From Anaeromyxobacter sp. (GTDB lineage: Bacteria > Myxococcota > Myxococcia > Myxococcales > Anaeromyxobacteraceae): 64,000 bases of DNA. The notes beneath the pieces were generated by a model, which worked only from the letters and a program-made list of their open reading frames with translations, had not been told where the DNA came from and searched no databases. Below are positions 53,543 through 63,189 of this stretch, in pieces. The position numbers and the translations under genes were made by a program. The stretch is from positions 640,001 through 704,000 of the forward strand of contig JASGJN010000022.1 of assembly GCA_049840735.1 (NCBI GenBank), written 5' to 3'. The number at the start of each line of letters is the position of its first letter. Position 1 is the stretch's first letter.

Positions 53543-54761
53543 TGGCCACCGCCGTCCTCGCCGCGCCGGCCTACCCGCGTTACCGGTTCGTGGTGCTGGC
53601 GGTGTTCATGCTGGTCAACCTGACCATCCAGATCCTCTGGAGCTCGTACGCCACCATCACCGGGCTGGCGGCGCGCTTCCACGGGGTGAGCGATCTCGCC
53701 ATCGGCCTGCTGGGGATGGTCTTCATGATCGCCTTCGTGCCGCTCTCCTTCCCGGTCTCGTGGGCCATCGACCGCTTCGGCTTCCACCGCACCGTCGGGC
53801 TGGGCACCGTCCTCATGTCGGCGTTCGGCCTGCTGCGCGGGCTGGCCGGCGCCAGCTACCCGCTGGTGCTGGTGGGCTCCATCGGCATCGCCGCGGCGCA
53901 GCCCTTCCTGCTCAACGCCTGGACCACCGTGCCGGCGCGCTGGTTCCCGCCGCAGGAGCGGGCCACCGCGGTGGGCCTGGTGACCTTCGCCAACCTGGTG
54001 GGCACCGGCATCGGCTTCGCCCTCACGCCGGCGCTGGTGGCCCGCGCCTCCATCCCCTCGGTGCAGCTGCTCTACGGCGCCATCGCCGCGGTCTCGGCGC
54101 TGCTCTTCCTGGCGCTGGCCCGCGAGGCGCCGGCCGGCCAGGCCGGCCCGCTGGCGCCGGAGGCGCGGGCGCTGATGCTGGACGGGATCCGCCACGCCTT
54201 CTCGGTTCCGTCCTTCCGGCGCTACCTGGCGGTCTCGTTCGTGGGCATGGGCGTGTTCAACGGGCTGGCGCTCTGGATCGAGCCCATCATCCGGCCGCGC
54301 GGCTTCGGGGAGGAGCAGGCCGGGACGCTGGGCGCGGTCATGCTGGTGGGCGGGGTGGTGGGGGCGGTGGTGATCCCGCCATCTCCGACCGGCTCCGCCG
54401 GCGCAGGGTGTTCATCCTGGGCGGCATGGCGCTGGCCATCCCCGGCCTGCTGGGGCTGGCCTGGGCCACGACGCTGGCGGGGCTCCTGGCCGCGGTCTTC
54501 GGCCTGGGCTTCTTCCTGGTGGCCACCAGCCCGGTGGGCATGCAGTACGCCACCGAGATCACCCGGCCCACGCCGGAGGGGACCTCCAACGGCGTGGTGC
54601 AGCTGGCCGGCCAGCTCTCGGTGGTGTTCGTCTACGTGATGGAGGCGCTGCGCGGCGCGGACGGCTCCTTCACGCTGTCGCTGGTGCTGTCCGCCGCCGC
54701 GCTGGGGCTCTGCGCCCTGGCCGCCACCCGGCTCGTGGATCCACCCCGCGAGCCCAGCTGA
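53542..54761 (+). CDS. MFS transporter (frameshift at about 54376)
   Basis: About 12 TM segments, IDRFG, WFPPQERATA, SDRLRRR. Confidence 0.88.
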
Positions 54762-54773
54762 GCTGGAGACGCC

Positions 54774-55685
54774 ATGCGCCCGAGCCTGCCCCGGCCGACC
54801 CTCGCCCTGCTCCTGGCGGCGCTGCACCTCGCGCCGGCCCCCGCCGTCGCCGAGGAGGCGCAGGCGCCCCAGGGGCAGCACTGCATGGGCGAGCCGCGGA
54901 GCCGGGTCCTGCTCTCCAGCACGCTGGTGGCGCAGTCCGAGCCCATGGGGCTGGAGGAGCAGCTGCAGCTCGGCGCCTGCCGGCCGCTGCTGCGCACGCC
55001 GGGGATCCTCTTCGACCACACCAACGTGCAGGCCGGGCTGATCGTCTACGCCTCGCCGGTCTACGCCTTCCCCGGCGCCTTCGTCTCCATCGCGCCGCTC
55101 TCGGTGCTGGAGCTGCGCGCCGAGGCGGCGCCGTTCTGGGTCTGGCCCCTCGGCCTGGACGGCGCCGGCTACTTCCCGCGCGGCAGCGCGGACGAGCAGT
55201 TCGAGGACCTGCCCGCCGAGCAGGCGGAGTCGGCCAGCGGCTGGACCGCGACCTTCACCGGCACGCTGCAGGCCGAGGTGGAGCTGGCGCCGGGGCTCAC
55301 GCTCGCGGCGGTGGACGTGCTGTCCTGGTCCTTCTGGGACGTGGGGGACGCGCCCTACTACTACCACCCGCGCTACGACTTCACCTTGGCGCGGGAGGAC
55401 TGGGTGGGGAAGAACCAGGCCTTCCTGCTGGTGGGCCACCGGTTCTCGCCGACGCTGGTGGTGCGGGCCGGCGTGAACGACGAGTGGATGGGCTCGGCCC
55501 GGGCCGGGATCACCCAGAACATCCTGGCCGCAGCGCTGACCGCCGACGTGGCCGGCTGGCCGCGCCGGGGCGACCTCCTGCAGCCGTTCCTGCGCGTGGG
55601 CGGCTTCACCCACCACGAGTTCCGCACCGGGCTGGCCGTGCTGGGCGGCGTGGGGGTGACCTGGGACGTGACGCCCGGGCGGTGA
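54774..55685 (+). CDS. Exported protein, possibly an outer-membrane beta-barrel
   Basis: Signal peptide, alternating aromatic-rich strands, C-terminal GGVGVTW; 12 bp after the MFS stop. Confidence 0.55.
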   Translation: MRPSLPRPTLALLLAALHLAPAPAVAEEAQAPQGQHCMGEPRSRVLLSSTLVAQSEPMGLEEQLQLGACRPLLRTPGILFDHTNVQAGLIVYASPVYAFPGAFVSIAPLSVLELRAEAAPFWVWPLGLDGAGYFPRGSADEQFEDLPAEQAESASGWTATFTGTLQAEVELAPGLTLAAVDVLSWSFWDVGDAPYYYHPRYDFTLAREDWVGKNQAFLLVGHRFSPTLVVRAGVNDEWMGSARAGITQNILAAALTADVAGWPRRGDLLQPFLRVGGFTHHEFRTGLAVLGGVGVTWDVTPGR

Positions 55686-55720
55686 GGTGCCGGGAGCCCG
55701 GAGCCGCTCCCTGGCGCCTT

Positions 55721-55774
55721 CCCGTTCGGCCTGAGCGTAGGGCCCGCCATCCGGCGGGCCCGGAGTCGAAGGCC
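55721..55774. repeat. REP-like element (reverse)
   Basis: CCCGTTCGGCC-TGAGCGTAG-hairpin-CGGAGTCGAA-GGCC. Confidence 0.8.
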
Positions 55775-55805
55775 AGGCCTCGACTCCGGGCATCGCCGCA
55801 GACCC

Positions 55806-57155
55806 CTACAGCGGGATGGCCTTCCCGTTCACCTCGAGCGCACCCTTGGTGAAGCGCAGCTTGCTCTTCACCACCGCGCCGTCGCGCACCACGAAGCCGC
55901 GCGACACGGCCTCGTCGATGAGGCGGTCGGCCGCCTCGGGGTCGGCGGGCACGCCGGCCTCCTCGGCCTTGCTGGCCGAGATCTTCTGCACCCAGGCCAC
56001 CGGGACCACCGCGTCGGCGGTGACCGTGGCCTTGGAGATCAGGGCCATGGGCGGCTGGCCGCCGTCCTCCTCGGTCACGCCCTTCACGGCGGCGTCGAAG
56101 GAGAACTCGCCCTGCTGGCCGTCGATCACCACCACCAGCTTGTCCACGGCGTAGTGCGGCTCGCGGGACAGCAGCTTCAGCAGGTCGGGCTGGATGGCCT
56201 CGAACAGCTCGCCGGGGCCGGACGCATTCTCCCGCTCGGAGAGCGCCGCCGAGAGCTTCTTGTAGGTGACCGCGTCCACCCGGTCGATCGAGAGGTGCAG
56301 CTCCACCTTGTCGATTCGAGAGGTCGTTCACGCGGCCGCTGCCGGTGAAGCTGCTCTGGCTGGCCAGCAGCCCATCCTCGATCACGTTCTTGAACCCGAA
56401 CTCGAGGTCCTTGAAGGCCACCGCGGTGCCCTTGGTGGGTGCCGCCTCCGGATCGAACGGCGAGGCCTTGGCCGGCTCGCTGAAGTCGAACAGCTCAAGC
56501 TCGCCCTCGCCCTGGCCCGCGCCCAGGTAGTCCTGGCCGGTGGGCTCCGAGACGAGGTGGAGCTTGAAGCCGCGCAGCGTGGCGCGGCCGCCGCCGTGCT
56601 CGGCGAACTCGAACCCGGGGACCGCGACGGTGTACTCGATCGGATGGCCGAGGCCGCGCCCGTGGAACTCGCCGGTGATCCCGTCCCACTTCAGGCGATC
56701 GCCGTCCTTGTCGTAGACGAAGGCAGGGCTGTCCAGGTGGGCGGTGAAGTGGCCGGTCAGGCCCACCACGGTGCGCAGGGTGAGCGGGGACTTCTCGCCC
56801 ATCACCTCGGTCACCTTCTCCTTCACCTCGTCCGGCACCACCAGCTCGGTTCCACCACCGCGCGCCCCAGCGTGCGGAACCCAGGCAGCGGCCCGTTCAG
56901 GATCCGGCTCCGGAAGGTGATGGCGGGGGAGCCGTCGGCCGCCTTCTGGTAGCGGACGGTGACGGTGGAGGTCGAGCTGAGGAAGCCGCGCTCGAACCCG
57001 CTCTCCTCGATGATCAGCCCCGGCACCTCCTCCTGCAGCTTGTCCAGCTCGGCGGTGAGCCCGCGCTCGATGGACCTGCTCATGTACAGCGTGGTGGAGA
57101 GCCAGGCCAGGGCCAGGAACGCCACCACGGCCCCTGCGACGACGATCTTCTTCAC
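55806..57155 (-). CDS. YdgA/DUF945-like protein (frameshifts at about 56850 and 56315)
   Basis: VKKIVV plus TM anchor, FERGFLSS, NGPLP, C-terminal LEVNGKAIPL. Confidence 0.75.
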
Positions 57156-57327
57156 GTACTCCCCCTCGAGCGCGGCGCGCTCCCGGTGTGGATAGGGGGG
57201 AGAGTCTAGCCCGCCGCGGCGAGCCCCGAGGCGACGCCGGTCAGGCGCAGGTGCGGCGGTTTGTCCTGTGTCGGAGGGACGCCGGCCACGGGCGCACCGG
57301 GATCGCGGACGCACGGTCCGGATCCGC

Positions 57328-60087
57328 TCAGCGCCTTCGCGCGGTCACTTCAGCCAGCGCGGCCCGGGCGTCGGGCGCGAGCGGGCCGCGGCCGGCGGCC
57401 TTGACCGCGCGCGTGGCGAGCGTCCTGGCCCCGGCGCGGTCGCCCTGGGCGTCGGCGGCGCGCGCCGCGGCCATGAGCAGGCGCGGGTCGTCGGGCGCGC
57501 GGGCCAGGCCGCGCGCCGCCGCCCGCCTGGCCTCCCGCGGCTGCCCTTCGGCGAGCCAGGCGGCGGAGACGATGCGGAGCGCCTCCAGGTCGGCGGGGCG
57601 CGCCAGCAGCACCGCGTCCGCCGCGGCGCGGGCCGCCGGCGGGTGGCCCGCGGCCAGCTCGGCCGCCGCCAGCGAGCGGCGCGCCTCCAGGTCGGCGGGA
57701 TCGGCGCTCACCGCCTGCTGCAGCTCCGGCAGGGCGCCGGTCGCGTCGCCGCGGGCCAGCAGGAGCGCCCCCAGGGCGGCGCGCGGCTCGGGCGCGGCGG
57801 CGTCGCGGGCGATGGCCGCGCGGAAGGCGGCCTCGGCGTCGGCCCCGCGCCCCTCGGCGGCCAGCGCCTGGCCCAGCGCCACGGCGGTGAGCGGCTGCGG
57901 CGCGCGGGCCCCGGAGAGCCGCTCCAGGAGCTCGCGGGCGCGCGCGGCCTTCCCGCTGCGCAGGTCGCAGACCGCGTACCAGACGGCGGCCTCGGCCGGC
58001 ATCTTGCCGTCGCGCGCGGTCCGCTCCAGCTCGGCGCGCGCCTCCGGGATCTGCCCCAGCTGCAGCCGGGCCACGCCGCGCAGCGTCCGCAGCGTCCGGT
58101 CGTCGCCGCTCCCGGCCGCGGCCAGCGCCTCCACGTAGCGGCCCCGGGCGATGCGGGCGCGGGCCAGCAGCGCCCGGGCGTTCACGTCGCCCGGCGCCAG
58201 CACGGTGGCCCGCGCGGCGGCGGCCTCGGCCCGGTCCCAGGCGCGGGCGGCCAGCTGGACCTCGGCCACCGCCAGCAGCAGCGGCGCGCTCTCGCCCAGC
58301 CGCGCCGCCGCGCGCCCCAGCCGCGCCGCGGCGTCGGCCGGCGCGCCGGTGGCGGCCAGCACGCGCGCGCTGGCCAGCTCGAAGCGGAGCCGCAGGTCGA
58401 GCGGCGGGGTGCTGCCGGCGTCGGCCTCCACCGCGGCCAGCTCGCGGCGCGAGCCGTCCAGGTCGCGCCCCAGCGCCAGCCGGGCCTCGGCCGCGCCCAC
58501 GGCGGCGCGCGGGTAGGTGGGGTGCGCCGTGAGCGCCGTGCCGTGCCAGGTCAGCGCCGCCTCTGCGTCGCCGGCCGCCAGCGCGGCGTCGCCCAGGTCG
58601 GCCAGGGCGCGCAGCAGCGGGGGCGTGGTCTGCGCCGCCTGCTCGAGCCGGGCGCGGCCGGAGACGGCCTCGCCGCGCGAGAGCAGGATCCGGCCGCCCA
58701 GCGCCTTCACCATGGGCTCGGCCGAGTCGACCGTGAGCACCGCCTGCTCGGCCTGCTTGCGCTCGGCGGCGGAGGTGGCCAGCAGCGCCCGGGCCACCAG
58801 CGCCCCATCGCCGGCGTCGGGGTCGTCGATCAGGGCGGTGGCCAGGGCGCGGGCCTCGGCGTCGCCGTAGTCCACCGCGCGCACCGCGGCGATCTGCGCG
58901 GCCAGGGAGGTCAGCTCGGGGTTGCCGGAGCTGCGGCGCACCGCGGCCAGGAGGTCGGCGGCCTCGGCCAGCGCGCCGGCGGTGTCGCGCGCCAGCCCGG
59001 CGCGCGCGCGGGGCGCGGCCTCCTGGGCCAGCCGCTCGGTCCGCGCCGACAGGACCAGCCAGGCTCCGCCGGCCACCGCCACCAGCACGGCGGCCAGGGC
59101 CAGCCAGCGCCAGCGCCGGCCGGGCGGAGGCGCGGCGGCGTCCTCGGCCAGGAAGCGCTCGCGGACGCGCTGCTCGTACTCGGCAGTGACGCGCTGGGCC
59201 TCCTCCTCGTCCACCGCGGCCGGGCGGGCCGGAGCCGGCGCCGGCTCGGGGCGGGCGGGCGCGGCGGTGCCGGGCAGCATCGAGAGGAGCGAGCGCGGGA
59301 GCTCGTCGCGGCCCAGGCCGGCGGGCGGAGCGGACGCGCGGATGGGCGGTGGTGCGGGCGGCGGCACCGGCGGGGCCGGGGGCGCCGCCGCGGCAGGGGC
59401 CGCCGCGGGCGCGGGCTGCACGGGCCTGGCCGGCGCGGGCGCTGCGAGCGGCGCCGGCAGGGGCGCGATGGGCGTGGGGGCGCTGCTGGAGGCGGGGATC
59501 TGCACCCGCTTCAGCAGCGGGGCCTGGATGGTGACCTCCTGCGTGTCCGCGGTGCTCCGCTCCGGCTGCGGCTCCGGCCTGGGCGCGATGGGGCGGTAGG
59601 GCTCGGTGGTCTCCTCGTCCACCTGGGCGGCCGCCAGCGGGCGCGGGCGGGCCTGGGCGGCCGCCGCGCCCGCGTCTCCGCCGGCGGCGCGGCGCCGCGC
59701 CTCCTCGAGCCAGCCGCGCACGCGCGGATCGGCAGGCTGCAGCTCGGCGGCGCGCGCCAGCACCGGGAGCGCCTGGCGGTACTGGCCCTTGGCCAGGAGC
59801 GCCTCGCCGATCAGGTTGTAGGCGTAGGGCCGGGCCGGATCGATGGCGATGGCGATGTCGAACTGGTCGGAGGCTGCCGCCGGGTCGCCGCGCTCGAGCA
59901 GCGCGCGTCCCCAAATCACGCGTCCCAGGATCGAGGAGGGGTGGTGCTCCAGCCCCTGCTGGCAGACCTCGATGGCGCGCTGGGCGTCGCCCTTGTCGAG
60001 CAGCGCGCGCGCGAGCTCCACGAAGATGCGCGAGCGGGGGTCGGCGGCCAGGATCTGCTCGTATTTCTCGACGATGGAGGCGGACAT
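57328..60087 (-). CDS. Tetratricopeptide-repeat membrane protein
   Basis: N-terminal TPRs (DPRSRIFVELARALL...), Pro-rich linker, one TM helix, long Ala-rich TPR region. Confidence 0.88.
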   Translation of the reverse strand: MSASIVEKYEQILAADPRSRIFVELARALLDKGDAQRAIEVCQQGLEHHPSSILGRVIWGRALLERGDPAAASDQFDIAIAIDPARPYAYNLIGEALLAKGQYRQALPVLARAAELQPADPRVRGWLEEARRRAAGGDAGAAAAQARPRPLAAAQVDEETTEPYRPIAPRPEPQPERSTADTQEVTIQAPLLKRVQIPASSSAPTPIAPLPAPLAAPAPARPVQPAPAAAPAAAAPPAPPVPPPAPPPIRASAPPAGLGRDELPRSLLSMLPGTAAPARPEPAPAPARPAAVDEEEAQRVTAEYEQRVRERFLAEDAAAPPPGRRWRWLALAAVLVAVAGGAWLVLSARTERLAQEAAPRARAGLARDTAGALAEAADLLAAVRRSSGNPELTSLAAQIAAVRAVDYGDAEARALATALIDDPDAGDGALVARALLATSAAERKQAEQAVLTVDSAEPMVKALGGRILLSRGEAVSGRARLEQAAQTTPPLLRALADLGDAALAAGDAEAALTWHGTALTAHPTYPRAAVGAAEARLALGRDLDGSRRELAAVEADAGSTPPLDLRLRFELASARVLAATGAPADAAARLGRAAARLGESAPLLLAVAEVQLAARAWDRAEAAAARATVLAPGDVNARALLARARIARGRYVEALAAAGSGDDRTLRTLRGVARLQLGQIPEARAELERTARDGKMPAEAAVWYAVCDLRSGKAARARELLERLSGARAPQPLTAVALGQALAAEGRGADAEAAFRAAIARDAAAPEPRAALGALLLARGDATGALPELQQAVSADPADLEARRSLAAAELAAGHPPAARAAADAVLLARPADLEALRIVSAAWLAEGQPREARRAAARGLARAPDDPRLLMAAARAADAQGDRAGARTLATRAVKAAGRGPLAPDARAALAEVTARRR

Positions 60088-60252
60088 GCGGGCGCTCGGG
60101 GCGGAGCGAGCGTACCACGCAAGCTCGCCCCTCCGACCCGCCGCAGGCAAGACCACGGGGTGGGATGTCGGCGGGTGTAGACGCAGACATCCGACCACAT
60201 CAGGGCACTGGCGCCCGTGACGCAGGGTGTAACGGGCCCGGGGCGGTGCGGC

Positions 60253-60885
60253 TCACTCCACCAGCCGGTGCTTCAGCGCGTAGCGGGCGATCTCCACGGC
60301 GCTGGAGAGCCCCAGCTTCTCGGCGATGCGGGCCCGGTAGGTGGCCACCGTCCGCTCCGAGAGGTGCAGCTCGGAGGCGACCTCCTTGAGCGAGCGGCCC
60401 AGCGCCACCAGCCGCAGCACCTGCAGCTCCCGGGGCGTGAGCACGTCGTGGGTGGGGGCGGGGACGTCGCCGCCGATGGTCCCGGCCAGCCGCTCGGCCA
60501 GGGCCGGGGTGACGTACTTGCCGCCGGCCAGCGCGCGCTTCGCCGCGGCCAGGATCTCGGCCAATCCGCTGGTCTTGGTGACGTAGCCGGACGCGCCGAG
60601 CTTGAGGCAGCGCAGCGCGAACTCCTCCTCGGCGTAGGCGCTCACCACCAGCACCGGCAGGCGCGGCCACCGCTGCCGCAGGTCGGCCAGGATCTCCAGG
60701 CCGCCGCGGCCGGGCAGGTTGAGGTCCACCAGCACCAGGTCCCAGGTCCCGGACTGCAGCTGCGCGGTGGCCTCCTCGGAGGTGGCCGCCTCGCCGAACT
60801 GCGCGCCGGGCAGCTTGCCGGCCAGCGCCTGCTCGATGCCGCGCCGGGCGATCTCGTGGTCGTCGATGATGAGGACGCGGGTCAC
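60253..60885 (-). CDS. NarL/FixJ-family response regulator
   Basis: VLIIDDH, VDLNLPGRGG, LTPRELQVLRL...LSERTVATYRARI. Confidence 0.93.
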   Translation of the reverse strand: MTRVLIIDDHEIARRGIEQALAGKLPGAQFGEAATSEEATAQLQSGTWDLVLVDLNLPGRGGLEILADLRQRWPRLPVLVVSAYAEEEFALRCLKLGASGYVTKTSGLAEILAAAKRALAGGKYVTPALAERLAGTIGGDVPAPTHDVLTPRELQVLRLVALGRSLKEVASELHLSERTVATYRARIAEKLGLSSAVEIARYALKHRLVE

Positions 60886-62939
60886 GCCGCCTCCGGGTGG
60901 GCCACGGGGATGCGGGCGATCACGGTCGTGCCGCCGCCGGGCCGGGGTTGTACGTCCAGCTCGCCGCCCAGCCGCTCCGCGCGCTCGCGCATTCCCACCA
61001 ACCCCAGACCGGCCGGGCGCGGCGAGGGGAGGCCGCGGCCGTCGTCGGCGACGGTAAGCACCGCAGCGCCGTCCTGCAGCGCGACCGACAGCTGCACCTG
61101 CCGCGCGCCGGCGTGCCGCGCCACGTTGGTCAGCGCCTCCTGGGCGATCCGGAAGAGCGCCAGCTCGACCTCGGGGCCGAGCGCGAGGTCCTCCAGCGCC
61201 TCCAGCGCGCAGTCCACGCGCGCGCGGGCGTGGAAGTCGCGGCACTCCTGGCGCAGCGCCGGCACCAGCCCGAGCCGGTCCAGCGCGGCGGGCCGCAGCC
61301 GGGCCACCGCCTGGCGCACGGCGTCCACGGCCCGGCTGGCCAGGCTGGAGGCGTCCACCACGCGGTCGAGCAGCTCGCCGCTGACGCGGTCCGGCGGCAG
61401 CGCGGTCACGGTCTCCTCGACCTGGTCCAGCGCCACCCGGAGGCCGGTGAGGAGCTGCCCCATGTCGTCGTGCAGGTCGCGGGCGATGCGCGCCTTCTCC
61501 TCCTCGCGGACCGCGTCGAGCCGGCCGGCCAGCGCGCGCAGCTCCTCGCGCGAGCGCTGCAGCCGGTCGCGGGCGTGGTCGCGCTCGGCGCGCGCCCGCA
61601 GCGCGGTCAGGCCGTAGGCCAGATCGGCGCCGAGCTGCGTCATCAGCTCGCGGACCTCGCCGATGAAGGCGTGCGGCTCGCCGGCGTAGAGCGCCAGCAC
61701 GCCCAGCACCCGGTCGTCGGACACCAGCGGGATGGCCATGCAGGAGTGGTAGCCGCGGGAGCGGGCCCGCTCGTGCCAGGGCTGGAGCGCGGGGTTCGCC
61801 TCCCAGTCGTCGATGATCACCGGCGCCCCCGAGCGCGCGGCGCGGCCGGCGGGGCCCTGGCCCAGCGGCACGTCCGCCCAGGAGAGCTCGAGCCCGTCGA
61901 GGTAGCCGTCCACGTGGCCGGCCCAGGCCACCGGGCGGATGGACCGGCGCGCGTCGTCCTCCAGCCAGCCCACCCAGCACATGCGCTGGCCGCCCGCCTC
62001 CACCACGGTGGCGCAGATGGCCTGGAGGAGCTCCTGCTCGGTGGAGGCCCGGACCAGCGCCTCGTTGCAGCGCAGCAGCGTCACCAGCGCGCGGTGGGCC
62101 AGCCGCGCCCGGGCCTCCAGCGCCAGGCGGTCGGTGAGGTCGCGGACCGAGGCCACGATCACCGGCTGGCCCTGGAGGAGCTCGCTCCGCGCCGTGGTCT
62201 CGACCGGGAAGGACGTGCCGTCGCGCCGGACGTGGCGGGCCTGCAGCAGCCGGCCGGCGGGGCTGATGCTGGCCAGCAGCTTCGCCACCACGGCGTCGTC
62301 GCCCGGCGCGTCCGCCCGGAGGTCGTGCACCCAGAGGCGCAGGAACTCCTCCCGCGTGTAGCCGTAGATCGCGGTGGCGGCCTGGTTCACGTCGAGGATC
62401 TTCCCGTCCGACTTCCGGATCAGGAACAGCCCGTCCTGGGTCAGGGCCGCCAGCCGCGCGAGCCGCTGGCGCTGCGCCTCGGCCTCGTAGGCCTGGGTCT
62501 GGTCCAGCAGCACGGCCACGGCCTGCCGCCGGGAGGAGCCGGCCAGCGGCGGGACCGGGGCCGCGCTCACGGAGCCGACGCGCCAGGAGCCGTCCGGGAG
62601 CTGGAAGTGCGTCTCCACACCGTTCACCGGCAGGCCGGTCAGCGCCGCCTGCACGCCCGGGATCTCCTCGGTCCGGTAGGGCGTGGCGCGGTCGGGCCGG
62701 AACAGCTGGTACGGCAGGGCGCTGAAGGGAGCGCCCGGCGGAGGCGGAGCGCCGGTCAGGCGCTCGTAGGCCGTGTTCCATGCCAGCACGCGGGGCGGGC
62801 CGTCCGGGCCGGCCTCCACCAGCACGACCGCGATGGGGAGCGCCGCCATGGCCTGCCGGATGGCCTCGGCCTCGGCGGGGCCGGGCTGTGACCACCAGTG
62901 AACTGGGCTCGTGTCGGCTGGCGGCGCTTCCTGGGGCAT
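60882..62939 (-). CDS. PAS-PAS-GAF histidine kinase (HisKA_3 type)
   Basis: EKARIARDLHDDMGQ, QEALTNVARHA, DDGRG, GLGLVGMRER. Confidence 0.92.
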   Translation of the reverse strand: MPQEAPPADTSPVHWWSQPGPAEAEAIRQAMAALPIAVVLVEAGPDGPPRVLAWNTAYERLTGAPPPPGAPFSALPYQLFRPDRATPYRTEEIPGVQAALTGLPVNGVETHFQLPDGSWRVGSVSAAPVPPLAGSSRRQAVAVLLDQTQAYEAEAQRQRLARLAALTQDGLFLIRKSDGKILDVNQAATAIYGYTREEFLRLWVHDLRADAPGDDAVVAKLLASISPAGRLLQARHVRRDGTSFPVETTARSELLQGQPVIVASVRDLTDRLALEARARLAHRALVTLLRCNEALVRASTEQELLQAICATVVEAGGQRMCWVGWLEDDARRSIRPVAWAGHVDGYLDGLELSWADVPLGQGPAGRAARSGAPVIIDDWEANPALQPWHERARSRGYHSCMAIPLVSDDRVLGVLALYAGEPHAFIGEVRELMTQLGADLAYGLTALRARAERDHARDRLQRSREELRALAGRLDAVREEEKARIARDLHDDMGQLLTGLRVALDQVEETVTALPPDRVSGELLDRVVDASSLASRAVDAVRQAVARLRPAALDRLGLVPALRQECRDFHARARVDCALEALEDLALGPEVELALFRIAQEALTNVARHAGARQVQLSVALQDGAAVLTVADDGRGLPSPRPAGLGLVGMRERAERLGGELDVQPRPGGGTTVIARIPVAHPEAA

Positions 62940-63189
62940 GGCGAGGCCGCCCAGACATTACCGTGCGCAGCCGGCCAGGCACAGGTCGCACGGGGATGGC
63001 AGGCGGCACGTGCCCTGGGTCGCTGGTCAGGCGGGCCGATCGCTGGTCTGCAGGGCCGGCGAGGCCTGCGAACCCCCATCCAGGCGTCGCGGTGCTCCCG
63101 GTGGGGTCCCCGGGGCCGGACGGAGGGCGGGGCGGCGCGCGCCGGGCACGAGTGCTTGATCTGCCGCGGGCGGATGTTACGCTGGGTCA

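Noticed and set aside
57268..60190. Long alternative-frame ORFs (970 and 946 aa) over the TPR gene
   Set aside because: These are Arg/Gly/Pro-rich shadow frames with no recognisable motifs.
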